Positions 45,212 to 47,024 of a stretch of DNA of 47,024 nt are shown piece after piece. The stretch is taken from the NCBI GenBank assembly GCA_043814765.1, contig JBDRJQ010000037.1:1-47024 (forward strand), in the 5' to 3' direction. Numbering within the stretch: the stretch's first letter is position 1; each line of letters starts with the position of its first letter. The translations under genes were made by a program, and so were the position numbers. The DNA comes from Nanobdellota archaeon. GTDB lineage: Archaea > Aenigmatarchaeota > Aenigmatarchaeia > QMZP01. Below the pieces are notes generated by a model. That model was not told where the DNA came from. It worked only from the letters and a program-made list of their open reading frames with translations, and made no database searches.

Positions 45212-46480
45212 ATGAGCATAGATACAGGCCTTATTTATCGTGGCGATTGTCATACTGTTTTGAAGCGGCAGTTTCCTTCAGGAGATGATGAACAGGGCAT
45301 AGACCTGATTTATGTTGACCCACCCTTTTCCTTTGATCCACAATATGCAAGATTGTGGTATGACAAAGAAACGTTGGAGATGTTTGAAGAACTAAGAAAG
45401 GGCGGAACAAAACATTATATAGCTTGGATGTCAAAAAGATTAGAACAATGCCATAGAGTTTTAAAAAATACCGGATCTATGTATTTGCATTGTGACTGGA
45501 AATTTGGGCATTATCTTAAAATAGAGATGGATAACATCTTTGGCAAAAATAATCTACAAAATGAAATTATCTGGCATTATAGAACAGGAGGAAGAGCCAA
45601 AAAACATTTTTCTAGAAAACATGATACCATATTTTTTTATTCAAAAGGAAAACACTGGGTATTTGATTTGGATGGCATAGGAACACCAAGAAAAATCTGC
45701 CCATATTGTGAAGAAGAGATGGAGAGTTGGAATCATTTAAGGAGACATGTTGATAAAGAAGAAAGAGTATTTAGGACCATAAAGTCTGACGGGAAAATAT
45801 ACAGATATTATGACGATGAAAGAGTGCCGCCATCAGATGTGTGGATTGATATAAGTCATTTACAGCAAAAAGACCCATCTAGAACTGGCTATCTAACTCA
45901 AAAACCAGACGGACTGCTGGAAAGAATAATTAAAGTATCTTCTAATCCCGGAGACATTGTATTAGATCCAATGTGCGGATGCGGAACAACAATAGCAGTT
46001 GCTCATGAATTGGAGAGACAATGGATTGGCATTGATATTTCTCCTCAAGCATGCGAAATCATGAAGGAGAGGATGGAAAAATTAGAGGGTCTTTATGGCA
46101 TTCCTGTTATAGGATTGCCATTAACTGTTAAGGATTTAAAAGAACTTGATCCTTTTGAGTTTCAAGACTACATATGTGAGATGACCAATTCTGAGAAACC
46201 TCCCAGAAGAGTTGCTGACGAGGGTATTGATGGTTATTATTTTGGAGAGATTCCTATACAGGTTAAGCAACAAGAAAGGGTCGGACGAGTCACGATTGAT
46301 AATTTTGAAACAGCACTGAGGAGGAAAGGAAAAAACAGGGGATATGTGATTGGATTTTCATTCACAAGAAATGCTCATGAGGAAGTGGCAAGAGCAATGG
46401 ATGATGGATTGGACATCAGTTTAGTATGTGTGGATGAGCTAATAATAAGAGACTATGAACTGGAAAGTGTAGAGGAATAA
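45212..46480 (+). CDS. N6A/N4C DNA methyltransferase (beta class) fused to a C-terminal Mrr-like PD-(D/E)XK domain
   Basis: DLIYVDPPF (motif IV) precedes TQKP and LDPMCGCGTT (motif I). C-terminal PFEFQ, DEGIDG, IQVKQ. Confidence 0.9.
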   Translation: MSIDTGLIYRGDCHTVLKRQFPSGDDEQGIDLIYVDPPFSFDPQYARLWYDKETLEMFEELRKGGTKHYIAWMSKRLEQCHRVLKNTGSMYLHCDWKFGHYLKIEMDNIFGKNNLQNEIIWHYRTGGRAKKHFSRKHDTIFFYSKGKHWVFDLDGIGTPRKICPYCEEEMESWNHLRRHVDKEERVFRTIKSDGKIYRYYDDERVPPSDVWIDISHLQQKDPSRTGYLTQKPDGLLERIIKVSSNPGDIVLDPMCGCGTTIAVAHELERQWIGIDISPQACEIMKERMEKLEGLYGIPVIGLPLTVKDLKELDPFEFQDYICEMTNSEKPPRRVADEGIDGYYFGEIPIQVKQQERVGRVTIDNFETALRRKGKNRGYVIGFSFTRNAHEEVARAMDDGLDISLVCVDELIIRDYELESVEE

Positions 46481-46575
46481 AACCGTAGTGAGAACTGAAT
46501 CAGCTGTCATAATTATTATTTTATTAGCTGGGTTAAATATTTTGTAAATAAAAAGCTTTCTGTTAATTATAACTT

Positions 46576-46848
46576 ATGGGAGCAGAAGAAAGCTTGGAAA
46601 TAGAATATAAATCAAAATGCCCGTTTTGTCAAGCTCCTATACCTGAGGATCTTCCAGAAGGGACAGAAAGGGGAATTTGTTATGATATAAGTGATCTAAA
46701 CCATAAATGTTCTTTAGGATTAGAATGTATTATTCCACATACCTATGATTTGATTAGAAATATTGAATCTATTTATTCTCATATCTCAACATCTGTTGGT
46801 CAAATTAAACAGGATGTAAATAAAATCGAAAAACATTTTAAACCATGA
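46576..46848 (+). CDS. Small hypothetical protein with a CPFC motif
   Basis: 90-aa ORF, 5 Cys, C-terminal amphipathic helix. Confidence 0.5.
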   Translation: MGAEESLEIEYKSKCPFCQAPIPEDLPEGTERGICYDISDLNHKCSLGLECIIPHTYDLIRNIESIYSHISTSVGQIKQDVNKIEKHFKP

Positions 46849-47024
46849 TATCTTTTTTTACACCACCTTTCCGTAACAAATACCGATAGCTTTATATACC
46901 CCTGTTCGAATTTATAAACTAGAGTGTTAACAAATATCTAGTGATGTCATGTTGCACTTTAGGCTTGAGGAGTTCATGAACCCCGGAAAGCCTGCAATCT
47001 CAATAGCTTCCAAGAACTTTTCAG

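Noticed and set aside
46949-47024. Open frame MLHFRLEEFMNPGKP... or hairpin (AGGCTT/AAGCCT) at the right edge
   Set aside because: It is truncated by the window edge, so a CDS start cannot be told from an RNA element.

Overview
Gene-dense, AT-rich archaeal chromosome segment. It is most likely from a DPANN lineage (Aenigmatarchaeota-like), judging from the divergent archaeal 16S, the three-unit epsilon2-type tRNA-splicing endonuclease and the class III-signal-peptide gene arrays; the taxonomy is an inference. The window holds the 5' ~945 nt of a 16S rRNA and four intron-containing tRNAs: His-GUG (1 intron), Leu-UAA (3), Met-CAU (2) and Arg-UCG (1). Two free-standing LAGLIDADG endonuclease genes sit next to tRNAs. 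Housekeeping genes include TrpRS, TyrRS, AsnRS, RadB, RNase HII, Rpp30, Pop5, Mre11, L35Ae, FtsY, Alba, EndA, PolB and the CCA-adding enzyme. There are also ether-lipid genes (egsA, DGGGPS), a RelE-like TA pair and an MTase-Mrr fusion. Three items stand out. (1) A pilin-like operon whose two large members carry SGNH esterase + M23 peptidase and lytic-transglycosylase domains, i.e. a possible pilus-mounted peptidoglycan-breaching kit. (2) A compact operon of opine dehydrogenase, fused B12 glutamate-mutase-like enzyme, ATP-grasp ligase, re-specified DapF-like epimerase and gamma-glutamyl hydrolase, flanked by EamA/MFS transporters and a degenerate M29 peptidase, i.e. a candidate undescribed amino-acid-derived metabolite pathway. 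(3) A ~96-bp palindromic element inserted in frame in both mre11 and ftsY, whose core hairpin resembles hairpins in the tRNA introns. All calls are from manual motif reading; no database search was run.
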